A DNA stretch of 64,000 nt from a bacterium (GTDB lineage: Bacteria > Pseudomonadota > Gammaproteobacteria > GCA-002705445 > GCA-002716945). The notes under the pieces were generated by a model. It worked only from the letters and a program-made list of their open reading frames with translations. It did no database searches and was not told the DNA's origin. Numbering within the stretch: the first letter of the stretch is position 1; each line of letters begins with the position of its first letter. The stretch spans positions 118 to 64,117 of the forward strand of contig JAPOHH010000002.1 in the NCBI GenBank assembly GCA_029979505.1, written 5' to 3'. Shown here one piece after another: positions 10,030 through 19,814 of this stretch. The translations under genes and the position numbers were made by a program.

Positions 10030-10134
10030 TCCATGTTATCTTGGGCAAAAATTTTAGAAGCAAACTGTACTTGCATAATTGGCGCTAACAGTATTCTTCT
10101 AAAACTCATAATACTTAAACACAGGGAGAAACTA

Positions 10135-10503
10135 ATGAAAAAAATATTAATACTGTCTCTATTTTTTATTATTACAAATACCATACACGCAGGTCCATAT
10201 TTGATGTCTAAACATGAATTTAAAATGAAAGACACAGATTACAGCAGTACTATCAATCATATAAGATTTGGACATTCTTGGAAAACAGAAGGTGGCTTAA
10301 AGCTATATGGTGAGATTGGTGCAGCAGAATCTGTTAGTCATGGAAACGATATTCTTGATGGGGTAGCAGGCAAGTCATATGAGTTTGGATTTAGCAAAAA
10401 GATTACCGATACATTTTCATGGAAAGGTAAATGGGAAGGAATAGAGAATCATAATGCTAAAAATTCACACAAGATTGAAATTAAGACTAAATGGGAATTT
10501 TAG
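10135..10503 (+). CDS. Small secreted/outer-membrane beta-barrel-like protein, hypothetical (about 122 aa)
   Basis: RBS GGGAGA before the ATG at 10135; signal peptide 'MKKILILSLFFIITNTIHA'; alternating aromatic/hydrophilic pattern; C-terminal 'KWEF'; the upstream part of the listed ORF is likely non-coding. Confidence 0.5.
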   Translation: MKKILILSLFFIITNTIHAGPYLMSKHEFKMKDTDYSSTINHIRFGHSWKTEGGLKLYGEIGAAESVSHGNDILDGVAGKSYEFGFSKKITDTFSWKGKWEGIENHNAKNSHKIEIKTKWEF

Positions 10504-10677
10504 TAAACCGAACACATGTCTGACTTATATGAGCAATAATAAGCTAGTTATTACTTCTTAAGATTTTTCATCTAAATCATATATATACAGACCTTATTTA
10601 CTAAAGTAGAGTCTTTTGTGTTATCTTTACCATAGGAATATGTAAAAAAATAATCAAAATCAAGAGAGGTCAGAATA

Positions 10678-12045
10678 ATGTCTGCAGAGAGCATTCACAA
10701 TGATAATACTGTCACTCTTGATCAACTTTCCGAAGTTCTTGATAGCGGTGCAGTTATCAAAGCAAAAAATTTACTTAACTCTTTATACCCATCTGAAATA
10801 GCTGATGTAATTGAAAGTTCACCTCGTAATAGAAGAGATCTCTTGTGGGCTCTTGTTACTGATGAAAATAAAGGTGAGACACTCGCTGAGCTTAACGATG
10901 AAGTTCGAGAAAATTTAATTGATGAACTTATAGATCGAGATGGAACTGAGGGCTTGGCTAAAATTGCACAGAAGCTTGATACTGATGATCTTGCAGATAT
11001 TATACAGTCTCTTCCAAAAGGCTTAACAAAAAAAGCTATTAAAAGCTTAACTAAACAAAATCAAGAAAGGCTAGAAAAAGTATTATCTTTTGAAGATGGT
11101 ACTGCTGGCGGTTTGATGAATACAGACACTATCACTATCCGAAGCAACGTTACTATAGACGTGTTATTAAAATACCTAAGAAGGATGAAAAGTCTTCCAG
11201 AGCAAACAGATAAAATATTTGTAACTGACAGAATAAACATGTATCACGGTTTTGTCTCTTTAAAAGATGTATTGGTAGCTGAGCCATCTAAGTATGTGTT
11301 TCAAATAATGGAGAAAGATGAGGACCCTATAGATCCAGATTTAGGTGAACACGAAGTGTCAAGAAGATTTGAGAACGCAGATTTAGTTTCTGCTGCAGTC
11401 GTTGATAGTCAAGGCTTCTTATTAGGTAGAATTACAGTCGATGATGTTGTTGATGTTATCAGAGAGGAGGTTGATGAAAGCGTTTTGAACATGGCAGGCC
11501 TCAAAAAAGACGACGATATATTTGCGCCAGTATTTCAAAGTACAAAAAGAAGAACATTGTGGCTTGGAGCAAACTTTCTTACTGCACTTTTAGCAGCAGC
11601 AGCAATAGGAATTTTTGAAGCAACGATTGAAAAGGTTGTAGCGTTAGCTATATTAATGCCTATCGTTGCAAGTATGGGCGGTATAGCAGGAAGTCAAAGT
11701 CTTGCATTAGTAATAAGAGCTCAAGCATTAGATCAAATTGGTACAACTAATTCCAAGTTATTAATTTATAAAGAATCTGCTATTGGTTTATTGAATGGAA
11801 TCATTTGGTCTGGAGTTGTAGCAGGTATCGTTTATTTATGGTTTGACAGTATTTTCCTTGGAGGTGTAATTGCTGCAGCATTGATGATTAATCTTATCGT
11901 TGGTGCAATTAGTGGTGTAAGTTTACCGCTCATTCTTGAAAAATTAGACATAGATCCAGCACTTGCTGGTGGTGTAATTTTAACAACAATAACTGATGTT
12001 GTTGGTTTTGTCTCACTCCTTGGAATTGCAACATTTCTGATGTGA
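10678..12045 (+). CDS. mgtE: Magnesium transporter MgtE
   Basis: N-terminal MgtE domain, tandem CBS region, C-terminal 5-TM domain with 'PIVASMGGIAGSQSLALVIRA'. Confidence 0.85.
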   Translation: MSAESIHNDNTVTLDQLSEVLDSGAVIKAKNLLNSLYPSEIADVIESSPRNRRDLLWALVTDENKGETLAELNDEVRENLIDELIDRDGTEGLAKIAQKLDTDDLADIIQSLPKGLTKKAIKSLTKQNQERLEKVLSFEDGTAGGLMNTDTITIRSNVTIDVLLKYLRRMKSLPEQTDKIFVTDRINMYHGFVSLKDVLVAEPSKYVFQIMEKDEDPIDPDLGEHEVSRRFENADLVSAAVVDSQGFLLGRITVDDVVDVIREEVDESVLNMAGLKKDDDIFAPVFQSTKRRTLWLGANFLTALLAAAAIGIFEATIEKVVALAILMPIVASMGGIAGSQSLALVIRAQALDQIGTTNSKLLIYKESAIGLLNGIIWSGVVAGIVYLWFDSIFLGGVIAAALMINLIVGAISGVSLPLILEKLDIDPALAGGVILTTITDVVGFVSLLGIATFLM

Positions 12046-12126
12046 TTATCAGTATATTTCAATAATCTTATATTCAAGTAAATTCAACGTTTTCACAAGT
12101 TATCCACAACTAAATCACAAACTTAA

Positions 12127-12184
12127 ACACAATATATAGTGTTTTTAGTAATTTCATACCACAATATTTAGTGATATAATTGAT
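12127..12184 (+). promoter_or_regulatory. Tandem NrdR boxes upstream of nrdA
   Basis: 12127-12142 ACACAATATATAGTGT matches the NrdR-box consensus acaCwAtATaTwGtgt as a perfect palindrome; second box CCACAATATTTAGTGA at 12169-12184, 42 bp centre to centre; located 30-90 bp upstream of the nrdA start. Confidence 0.6.
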
Positions 12185-12213
12185 AACATAACATCTCAAA
12201 CCAGAGAGAGAAA

Positions 12214-15066
12214 ATGTCGGAAAAAAGTGAAAAAATAAATATAGAATCGCCAATCAACGAACCAGTAATAAGTGATAACAAGCAAGTTGAGCCTGTACCA
12301 GGTCGCTACCGTGTTATGAGAAGAAACGGTAAAGTCACTGCTTATGATTCTCATAAAATTATTGTTGCAATGACTAAAGCATTTTTAAGTGTTGAAGGAA
12401 GCAGTGCAGCTGCATCATCTAGAATTCATACAGAAGTAGAGAATCTAACAGATAAAGTAGACGATACAATTAAAAGGAGATTTCCAAATGGCGGTGTAAT
12501 TCACATTGAGGATATTCAAGATCAAGTTGAATTAGCAATAATGAGAGCAGGTTATCAAGACGTTGCTAGAGCATATGTTATCTATCGAGAGGACAGATCT
12601 AAAGCAAGAAAACTAGGAGTCGAGCAAATTGAAGATATGCCAATATCTAAAAACATGCAGCTCGATGATGGATCCATTGTTCCAATAGATTATAAAAAAT
12701 TAAAAAAAACAATTACAGAAAGTTGTTTAAATATAGAGGACGTTTCTGTAGATTTAATATTTGATACCATAGATAAAAATATTTACGACGGAATTAAGAA
12801 GTCTGATTTATCCGATTCCATTTTAATATCTGTCAGACCACTAATTGAAAAAGATCCTAATTACTCATACGTGCTTGCAAGACTTTTATCAAATAGTATG
12901 GCAGATGAAGCATACACATTTCTTGGTTTAAGTTCTGAAGACTTAAGCATAAGTTCGATGGAAAAAACCTATCCTGATTATTTCAATAGTTATATAAAAA
13001 AAGGAGTTGAACTAAAACATTTAGATTCAGAACTATTAAATTATGATTTGGAATTACTTGCAAAAAACATTGATCTTTCAAGAGACATGCAATTCACATA
13101 TTTAGGTTTACAAACTTTATATGATAGATACTTTATTCATCACAACGAAGTAAGGTTTGAATTGCCACAGGCGTTCTTTATGAGAGTGGCAATGGGGCTT
13201 GCAATAAATGAAGAAGATAGGGAATCTAAATCGATTGAGTTTTATAAATTACTATCTTCATTTGATTTTATGTCTAGCACACCAACATTATTTAATTCAG
13301 CTACTTTGAAGCCACAATTATCTTCTTGTTATCTGTCAACCTTACCTGATGATTTGCGTGGAATATTTGAAGGTATAAGTGACGATGCAATGCTGTCTAA
13401 GTTTGCCGGAGGCCTAGGCAATGATTGGTCGCAGGTAAGAGCTTTAGGTTCATACATCAAAGGAACAAACGGAAAAAGTCAGGGAGTTATCCCTTTTCTC
13501 AAAGTTGCCAATGATACTGCAGTAGCAGTTAATCAAGGCGGTAAGAGGAAAGGCGCTATGTGCGCATATCTTGAAACTTGGCATTTAGATATTGAACAGT
13601 TTCTTGAACTGAGAAAAAACACAGGCGATGAGAGACGAAGAACTCATGATATGAACACTGCCAACTGGATACCTGACTTATTTATGAAAAGGGTACATGC
13701 TAATGAAGAATGGACACTTTTCTCTCCTTCAGATACACCTGATCTGCATGATTTATATGGATTGGAGTTTGAGGAAAAATATACAGAATATGAAGAACTT
13801 GCTAAGTCTGGTGGTATTAAAAACTTTAAAACAGTTAATGCTGTAGATATATGGCGAAAAATACTCAGCATGTTGTTCGAAACTGGCCATCCATGGATTA
13901 CTTTCAAAGATCCTTGTAATATTAGGTCGCCTCAACAACACAAAGGTGTTGTTCATTCATCAAACCTATGTACTGAAATCACCCTTAACACATCTAAAGA
14001 TGAAATTGCTGTATGTAATCTTGGCTCTGTTAATCTTGCAGCACACATAACAGATGCAGGTAAAATAGATACTAAAAAACTTAAAAAAACAATAATGACT
14101 GCAATGAGAATGCTGGATAACGTAATTGAGTATAATTATTATAGTGTAGACAAAGCAAAAAATTCTAATCTTAAACACCGCCCTGTAGGGCTAGGTATTA
14201 TGGGTTTCCAAGATGCCCTTTATAAAATTAGAGTACCATATGAATCTGAAGAAGCTGTTGAGTTTGCTGATAAAAGTATGGAATACGTCAGTTACTTTGC
14301 AATAGAAGCATCTATGGAGCTTGCAAAAGAAAGAGGTGCATATGAAACATTCGATGGTTCATTATGGAGTCAAGGTATCCTCCCAATAGATAGTTTGAAA
14401 AACTTAAAAGAGATACGTGGCAAATACTTAGATGTTAATCTCAATGAGACTCTTAAGTGGGATGACCTAAGAGAAAAAATAATAAAAAATGGTATACGTA
14501 ATTCCAATACCCTTGCGATAGCACCAACCGCAACAATATCAAATATTTGCGGTGTATCACAATCAATAGAACCCACATATCAGAATCTTTATGTTAAATC
14601 TAATTTATCTGGAGAATTCACAGTTATAAACCCATATTTAATTCGAGATCTTAAAGAAAGAGATTTATGGGATGAAGTCATGATAAAAGATTTGAAATAT
14701 TTTGATGGGCAATTACAACCTATTAATCGTGTCCCAGATGATTTGAAATCTATCTACTCGACATGTTTTGAAATAGATACTCGTTGGTTGGTTGAAGCTG
14801 CTGCAAGAAGGCAGAAATGGATAGATCAATCGCAGTCATTGAATTTATATATACCTGATTCAGATGGTAAAAAACTTGATAGTGCATATAAGTTAGCATG
14901 GATAAGAGGTTTAAAAACTACATATTATTTGCGCTCATTAGGCGCAACACATGTTGAGAAAAGTACATCTGACAATACTGGATCTAATTTAAATGCTGTT
15001 CAATCACAGTCAGGTGAGGTTAAGCAATGTTTAATTGATGATCCAGAATGCGAGGCTTGTCAATAA
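12214..15066 (+). CDS. nrdA: Class Ia ribonucleotide reductase alpha subunit NrdA (long, Pseudomonas-like form)
   Basis: ATP-cone 'VMRRNGKVTAYDSHKI'; catalytic region 'SSNLCTEI', 'NLGSVNL'; C-terminal Cys pair 'CEAC'; 950 aa. Confidence 0.9.
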   Translation: MSEKSEKINIESPINEPVISDNKQVEPVPGRYRVMRRNGKVTAYDSHKIIVAMTKAFLSVEGSSAAASSRIHTEVENLTDKVDDTIKRRFPNGGVIHIEDIQDQVELAIMRAGYQDVARAYVIYREDRSKARKLGVEQIEDMPISKNMQLDDGSIVPIDYKKLKKTITESCLNIEDVSVDLIFDTIDKNIYDGIKKSDLSDSILISVRPLIEKDPNYSYVLARLLSNSMADEAYTFLGLSSEDLSISSMEKTYPDYFNSYIKKGVELKHLDSELLNYDLELLAKNIDLSRDMQFTYLGLQTLYDRYFIHHNEVRFELPQAFFMRVAMGLAINEEDRESKSIEFYKLLSSFDFMSSTPTLFNSATLKPQLSSCYLSTLPDDLRGIFEGISDDAMLSKFAGGLGNDWSQVRALGSYIKGTNGKSQGVIPFLKVANDTAVAVNQGGKRKGAMCAYLETWHLDIEQFLELRKNTGDERRRTHDMNTANWIPDLFMKRVHANEEWTLFSPSDTPDLHDLYGLEFEEKYTEYEELAKSGGIKNFKTVNAVDIWRKILSMLFETGHPWITFKDPCNIRSPQQHKGVVHSSNLCTEITLNTSKDEIAVCNLGSVNLAAHITDAGKIDTKKLKKTIMTAMRMLDNVIEYNYYSVDKAKNSNLKHRPVGLGIMGFQDALYKIRVPYESEEAVEFADKSMEYVSYFAIEASMELAKERGAYETFDGSLWSQGILPIDSLKNLKEIRGKYLDVNLNETLKWDDLREKIIKNGIRNSNTLAIAPTATISNICGVSQSIEPTYQNLYVKSNLSGEFTVINPYLIRDLKERDLWDEVMIKDLKYFDGQLQPINRVPDDLKSIYSTCFEIDTRWLVEAAARRQKWIDQSQSLNLYIPDSDGKKLDSAYKLAWIRGLKTTYYLRSLGATHVEKSTSDNTGSNLNAVQSQSGEVKQCLIDDPECEACQ

Positions 15067-15207
15067 TGAGTTTATATATACCTGATTTCATAATCTATAC
15101 CATTGCAGTTATAGCAATGCTATTTGTGATTATAAAACTAAACAAACTTGAAAAAGAAAGATTATCAGTATTAAAAAATTCTGATACAAAATTTGAAGGA
15201 GAAAATA

Positions 15208-16404
15208 ATGTATAACTGGGATGACCCTATTAATGATGCACTTAGCAAGCCTGATATAGTGCCAGAAAAAAAAGTAACGCCTAAAGCAATCGAAGACACT
15301 TCACAACTATCAGCTGATGTTGAAAGCTTCCCTGCTACACAAGATAGTGGAGTCGGTTCAACAGGAATGGAAGATATCGAACAAGGTGCAGCAAGAATTC
15401 AGGTTGACGATAAAGCTATTATCAATTGTAGAGCAGATTTAAACCAACTAGTACCATTTAAATATGAATGGGCATGGCAAAAATATCTTGATGGCTCTGC
15501 TAATCATTGGATGCCTGAGGAAATTCCAATGCACGATGATATCAAATGTTGGAATGACCCAAATGCGCTAAGACCCGAAGAAAGGGAAATGGTTGAGAGA
15601 AACCTAGGATTTTTTTCGACAGCTGATTCTCTTGTAGCTAATAATCTAGTTTTAGCTGTATATAAACATATAACTAATCCAGAATGTAGGCAGTATTTAT
15701 TACGTCAAGCATTTGAAGAAGCAATCCATACACATGCCTATCAGTACTGTGTTCAATCTCTAGGTTTAGATGAAGCAAGAATATTCAATATGTACAGAGA
15801 GTTGCCAGCAGTGGCAACAAAAGCTGAATGGGCGCTTCCTTTTACACAAAGCCTTGGAGATCCTACATTTAAAACAGGTACTCATGATGATGATCAGAGA
15901 CTTCTCAGAGACTTGATAGCATTCTATGTTGTATTTGAAGGAATATTCTTCTACGTTGGATTCACTCAGATTTTATCTCTAGGCAGAAGAAATCTATTGA
16001 CCGGAGTTTCACAACAGTTTCAATACATATTAAGAGACGAATCTATGCATATGAATTTTGGTATGGATGTCATAAATCAAATCAAAAATGAAAATCCTAA
16101 TTTATGGACAGAATCTTTTCAGCAAGACATGATTGATCTTATCAAAACAGGTGTTGATTTAGAGATACAATATGGACGAGATACTATGCCTAAACCAATG
16201 TTAGGTATGGATGCAAATCAATTTGAAGAATATATAAAATTCATCGCTAATAGAAGATTTCAACGTATTGGGTTACCACACCAATATCCTGGAGCAACCA
16301 ATCCTTTTGAATGGATGTCAGAAATGATGGACTTAAATAAAGAAAAGAATTTCTTTGAGACACGTGTTACTGAATACAAAACAGGTGGACAACTCAAGTT
16401 CTAA
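15208..16404 (+). CDS. nrdB: Class Ia ribonucleotide reductase beta subunit NrdB
   Basis: Di-iron ligand motifs ('[12 protein letters not shown]', '[10 protein letters not shown]'); RBS GAAGGAG before the ATG at 15208 (ORF-track start 15193 is less likely). Confidence 0.85.
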   Translation: MYNWDDPINDALSKPDIVPEKKVTPKAIEDTSQLSADVESFPATQDSGVGSTGMEDIEQGAARIQVDDKAIINCRADLNQLVPFKYEWAWQKYLDGSANHWMPEEIPMHDDIKCWNDPNALRPEEREMVERNLGFFSTADSLVANNLVLAVYKHITNPECRQYLLRQAFEEAIHTHAYQYCVQSLGLDEARIFNMYRELPAVATKAEWALPFTQSLGDPTFKTGTHDDDQRLLRDLIAFYVVFEGIFFYVGFTQILSLGRRNLLTGVSQQFQYILRDESMHMNFGMDVINQIKNENPNLWTESFQQDMIDLIKTGVDLEIQYGRDTMPKPMLGMDANQFEEYIKFIANRRFQRIGLPHQYPGATNPFEWMSEMMDLNKEKNFFETRVTEYKTGGQLKF

Positions 16405-16420
16405 TTTTCTTTTATCTGAA

Positions 16421-16918
16421 CTAAGCTTTTACTAGCCGTTTTTTATTGACGGCTAGTAACATGTGATAAACACATATAAACAATACAGTTGAAAGCATCA
16501 GATTCCATCCTAAAGGAACAGCATCATTGTAGCTCATAAGTAGGGTTGAGATTGTGTAAGAGTCACTAAAGAAAACAAAATGGCCTAAGTTACTAACTGA
16601 AAAAAAGATGCCATTGACATATATTGAGGAAACTAAGCTGTTAAATAGGCTAATTTCTTTTTTATGATTGTATAAAAATAAAACAACAACAAAATATGAG
16701 AGATATACAAATATATTTGATATATGAGCTCCATATATTAAATCGGATAGAGCTTGTGAAATAAAAATCATAAATAACAAATGATATTTATCTTTTAATA
16801 AATAAACTGAAAATATAATAGTTGCGATAAAAGGCGATATATTTGTAAAACTAGAAGATAACTTACTTGCTAGGAGTATCACTAATACCGATAAACTTGT
16901 ATATGATATTTTTTTCAT
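16421..16918 (-). CDS. Small 6-TM inner-membrane protein cotranscribed downstream of btuB; candidate BtuM-like / alternative cobalamin inner-membrane transporter
   Basis: 165 aa; six hydrophobic segments; 18 bp after btuB on the same strand under a cobalamin riboswitch; no recognisable BtuCDF nearby. Confidence 0.45.
   Translation of the reverse strand: MKKISYTSLSVLVILLASKLSSSFTNISPFIATIIFSVYLLKDKYHLLFMIFISQALSDLIYGAHISNIFVYLSYFVVVLFLYNHKKEISLFNSLVSSIYVNGIFFSVSNLGHFVFFSDSYTISTLLMSYNDAVPLGWNLMLSTVLFICVYHMLLAVNKKRLVKA
16431..16461. terminator. Perfect 11-bp-stem hairpin (TTACTAGCCGT-N9-ACGGCTAGTAA) between convergent nrdB and the 16421-16918 gene; candidate bidirectional terminator
   Basis: Seen directly; overlaps the last codons of the minus-strand gene; no strong U-tract on either side, so terminator function is uncertain. 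Confidence 0.35.
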
Positions 16919-16935
16919 TATCTAGTTATATAATA

Positions 16936-18699
16936 TCAATAATTAAGTGAATAGGTAGCAAAGAACGACCTATCAAGAGTATTAAAATTGTGAGAAGTTC
17001 TATATGGTCTATCAAAAATATTATTCATACTAAAATTGATAGAGCTATGATTAAAGTTATATCTATAGTTAAAATTAGCAATATAATATGATCCCAAATT
17101 AATATCACTGTATGGTGAAGCTTTTTTCTTTCCTTCTGCCAAAATATTTACCCGCAAGGTACTACTTGGGTTAATAGTATATATTAGATCTGCATTAAGC
17201 TTATGTTTACTTCGATTTGTAAGTGGCTGATTGTTTTTAGTATCTTCCGGAACCATGTACGTGTAACCAATATCATATTCAATTAGATTTAGTATTGTTT
17301 GAAATCTAAGTTCTAATCCAGTTACCTCAGAATCTGATATGTATACTTGGGAAAGGCTATCTGCTTCAATTAAGTTTTTAATTGTTGTTTTGAATGCAGT
17401 GCCACGAATAAAAGCATTCTCATTAACATATCTCTTTACACCAAATTCATATGAAAAAGATTCTTCAGGTTCAAGTGTAGGAATACCACTCCACTCTGAA
17501 TATAGATCTGTTGCATCTGCGGGCCTTAAAGACTTTGAGATATTAAAAGAATATACATCATTAGCAGACAGAATAGACAGCCCAAAATTTCCAGTTGTAA
17601 AATGTCCAAATTGAGAATGATCAATATGCCTTGCTCCATAATTAATCAGATAGGATGGGCGTGACAATTCACTTTGATAATAATATTCTTTGTTATTTGT
17701 TTGAACCGTGAAACGGCTGCCATAAGAAAGTTCACTCATATGTTCTTTCGTATAAATTACTCCAGCCTTTTGTATTACGTTACCCCCTACACTTGTATAA
17801 GAGAAGTCATATATATCTCTGAGAGTATCTGTAAAATCAGTAGCTCCAGTTGCAGTTTGAATGATTCTATTTTGAGAACCTTTATAAACTATTTCCAAAA
17901 TATCGTTATTTACAAACTTTTTAATCCCTAAAGTATAGAAGTAATCATCATGATTTTGATTAAGTACAACTGAGCTGTTGTAGTTATCATACTGAGTATT
18001 TCCTCTAGAATTATATAATCTTGATGTGATCTCATAATCACTTAATTCCTTGCTTAACCCTATAGCTATATTTTCTGTATTATAAGAGTGTCTTCTTGAA
18101 GACGTGATTTTAGCAGGTATTGATTTTGACTCAGTACTATTAGCATTAATGTTTATTTTTAGTCCATTTCTATTATAACTATCTGTGAATGATACTGTAT
18201 TAGTTGACCATGACCCTGATGAAATTGAAATAGAATTTGAATTATCTTTTGTTGAAATATTAATGATTCCGCCAATAGTATTTGCTCCGTGGAGAGCCGA
18301 CGAGGAACCTTTTATAATCTCTACTTTATCGATGGAATTGATTGAAATATTTTGGATTGGTGCAAGGCCAAGTGTACCCGGATTAAGTTCAACACCATCT
18401 AATATGATTTTTGTATGATTACTCTCAGTACCTCTAGTGAAAACAGAAGTCAGTTGTCCAAGTCCACCTGTGCTGCTTATATTTATAGAACTAATAGACC
18501 CTAATAATTCTTGCAGGCTTGTAAAACCCCTTTCTTCAATATCTACAGCAGTGAAAACTTCCATAGATGCAGGAGATGAATGAAGGTCTATTGGTGAGAT
18601 AGAATTACTCACTACAATTGGATTTAAGGTTTCACTCGCATTCGAAAACGAAAAATATGTAAGTAATATATTTAATAATAAAATTTTTTTAAAGTTCAT
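16936..18699 (-). CDS. btuB: TonB-dependent outer-membrane receptor, vitamin B12 type (BtuB-like)
   Basis: Signal peptide; TonB box region 'ETLNPIVVS'; plug domain 'DGVELNP' motif; 587 aa; preceded by a cobalamin riboswitch. Confidence 0.75.
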   Translation of the reverse strand: MNFKKILLLNILLTYFSFSNASETLNPIVVSNSISPIDLHSSPASMEVFTAVDIEERGFTSLQELLGSISSINISSTGGLGQLTSVFTRGTESNHTKIILDGVELNPGTLGLAPIQNISINSIDKVEIIKGSSSALHGANTIGGIINISTKDNSNSISISSGSWSTNTVSFTDSYNRNGLKININANSTESKSIPAKITSSRRHSYNTENIAIGLSKELSDYEITSRLYNSRGNTQYDNYNSSVVLNQNHDDYFYTLGIKKFVNNDILEIVYKGSQNRIIQTATGATDFTDTLRDIYDFSYTSVGGNVIQKAGVIYTKEHMSELSYGSRFTVQTNNKEYYYQSELSRPSYLINYGARHIDHSQFGHFTTGNFGLSILSANDVYSFNISKSLRPADATDLYSEWSGIPTLEPEESFSYEFGVKRYVNENAFIRGTAFKTTIKNLIEADSLSQVYISDSEVTGLELRFQTILNLIEYDIGYTYMVPEDTKNNQPLTNRSKHKLNADLIYTINPSSTLRVNILAEGKKKASPYSDINLGSYYIANFNYRYNFNHSSINFSMNNIFDRPYRTSHNFNTLDRSFFATYSLNY

Positions 18700-18929
18700 A
18701 GCATTCCTACTAATAAGTTAATTAATTTAAAATATTTTCTGAAGCTACTATGTATATGCAAACGTATGTTAAGATTTTCTGAAATTTATATGTAGCAATG
18801 CATATAGATATTTTGAAACGTCGTTTACGAAAGTTATTAATTATTACACACGGCAACAACAGTCATGCATGACACAACAGTAATCTTCAAAAAGTAATGG
18901 TTTATATTTTTTATATTATTAAGATAATT

Positions 18930-19040
18930 TTCATAGCACCACCGCTAATGTTGGTCTCACCTCGTTGGCATTCGGACTGTTGTTCACCGTTGCGGGGGCA
19001 GTGTCAGATTATGTATTCACTGACTTTCCCAACCTCGTGA
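18930..19040 (-). promoter_or_regulatory. Cobalamin (B12) riboswitch in the btuB leader
   Basis: Minus-strand read: ...GAGGTTGGGAAAGTCAGTGAATACATAATCTGACACTGCCCCCGCAACGGTGAAC...AGTCCGAATGCC...GGTGAGACCAAC...; contains GGGAA, GTGAA..., CCCCCGC and a GAGACC B12-box-like core in the expected order; GC-rich island in AT-rich DNA, about 235 nt upstream of the btuB start. Confidence 0.55.
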
Positions 19041-19043
19041 GAG

Positions 19044-19814
19044 TTAATTTTTTACACCAATACCTTTATTGAGTAAATATATAGCTAAAGAATACAATAC
19101 AAATATTAAAATGAACATCATTAATATGGCGGTATATGTATTCATCTCTTCAACACCAATGAATGCATATCTATAAGCGCTTACCATATAAGCTATCGGA
19201 TTAAACATAGATACTGTTTGCCATACCTCGGGGAGATTGTATATGGAGTAAAATGTTCCCCCCAAATAAGTGAGTGGTGTAAGAACAAATGTAGGAATTA
19301 TATTTATATCATCAAAACTTTTAGCATATACAGCATTTATAAATCCTAAAATTGAAAATAAGAAACTTATCAATAGAGTAAGAAATAATGCTAGCGTGAT
19401 GTTATGTATAGGAATATTTGTAAAACTTAAAGAAACGATATACACAACAAAACCAACAACAAATGCTCTAGATACCCCTCCCAAGACATATCCAATTAAA
19501 ATGACATGACTAGATAGTGGTGAGACAAACAATTCTTCGATACTTTTTTGGAATCTTCCACTATAGAATGAACCTACTACATTCATATAAGAATTTGAAA
19601 TTATAGGCATAATTATTAAACCTGGTATTATAAAATGTATATAAGGTAGGCCGCCAATTTCCCCTATACGTTCTCCAATAAAATTTCCAAATATAGTAAT
19701 GTACAAAAATATTGTTATCACCGACGGCAGTATCGTTTGTATCCAGATCCTTGACCATCGAGCAAACTCTTTTTTAAAAATAGTAAAAAGCTGTATTAGG
19801 TATAAATTTTTCAT
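19044..19814 (-). CDS. yadH: ABC-2 type transporter permease (YadH-like)
   Basis: 6-TM ABC-2 permease; overlaps the stop of the upstream ATPase gene. Confidence 0.7.
   Translation of the reverse strand: MKNLYLIQLFTIFKKEFARWSRIWIQTILPSVITIFLYITIFGNFIGERIGEIGGLPYIHFIIPGLIIMPIISNSYMNVVGSFYSGRFQKSIEELFVSPLSSHVILIGYVLGGVSRAFVVGFVVYIVSLSFTNIPIHNITLALFLTLLISFLFSILGFINAVYAKSFDDINIIPTFVLTPLTYLGGTFYSIYNLPEVWQTVSMFNPIAYMVSAYRYAFIGVEEMNTYTAILMMFILIFVLYSLAIYLLNKGIGVKN

Noticed and set aside
10033-10134. Upstream extension of the small OMP ORF
   Set aside because: There is no RBS at 10033. A clear GGGAGA RBS and signal peptide begin at 10135.
10504-10677. Possible Mg2+ riboswitch (M-box) upstream of mgtE
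   Set aside because: No conserved M-box elements are recognisable, and M-box control of mgtE is typical of Firmicutes rather than gammaproteobacteria.
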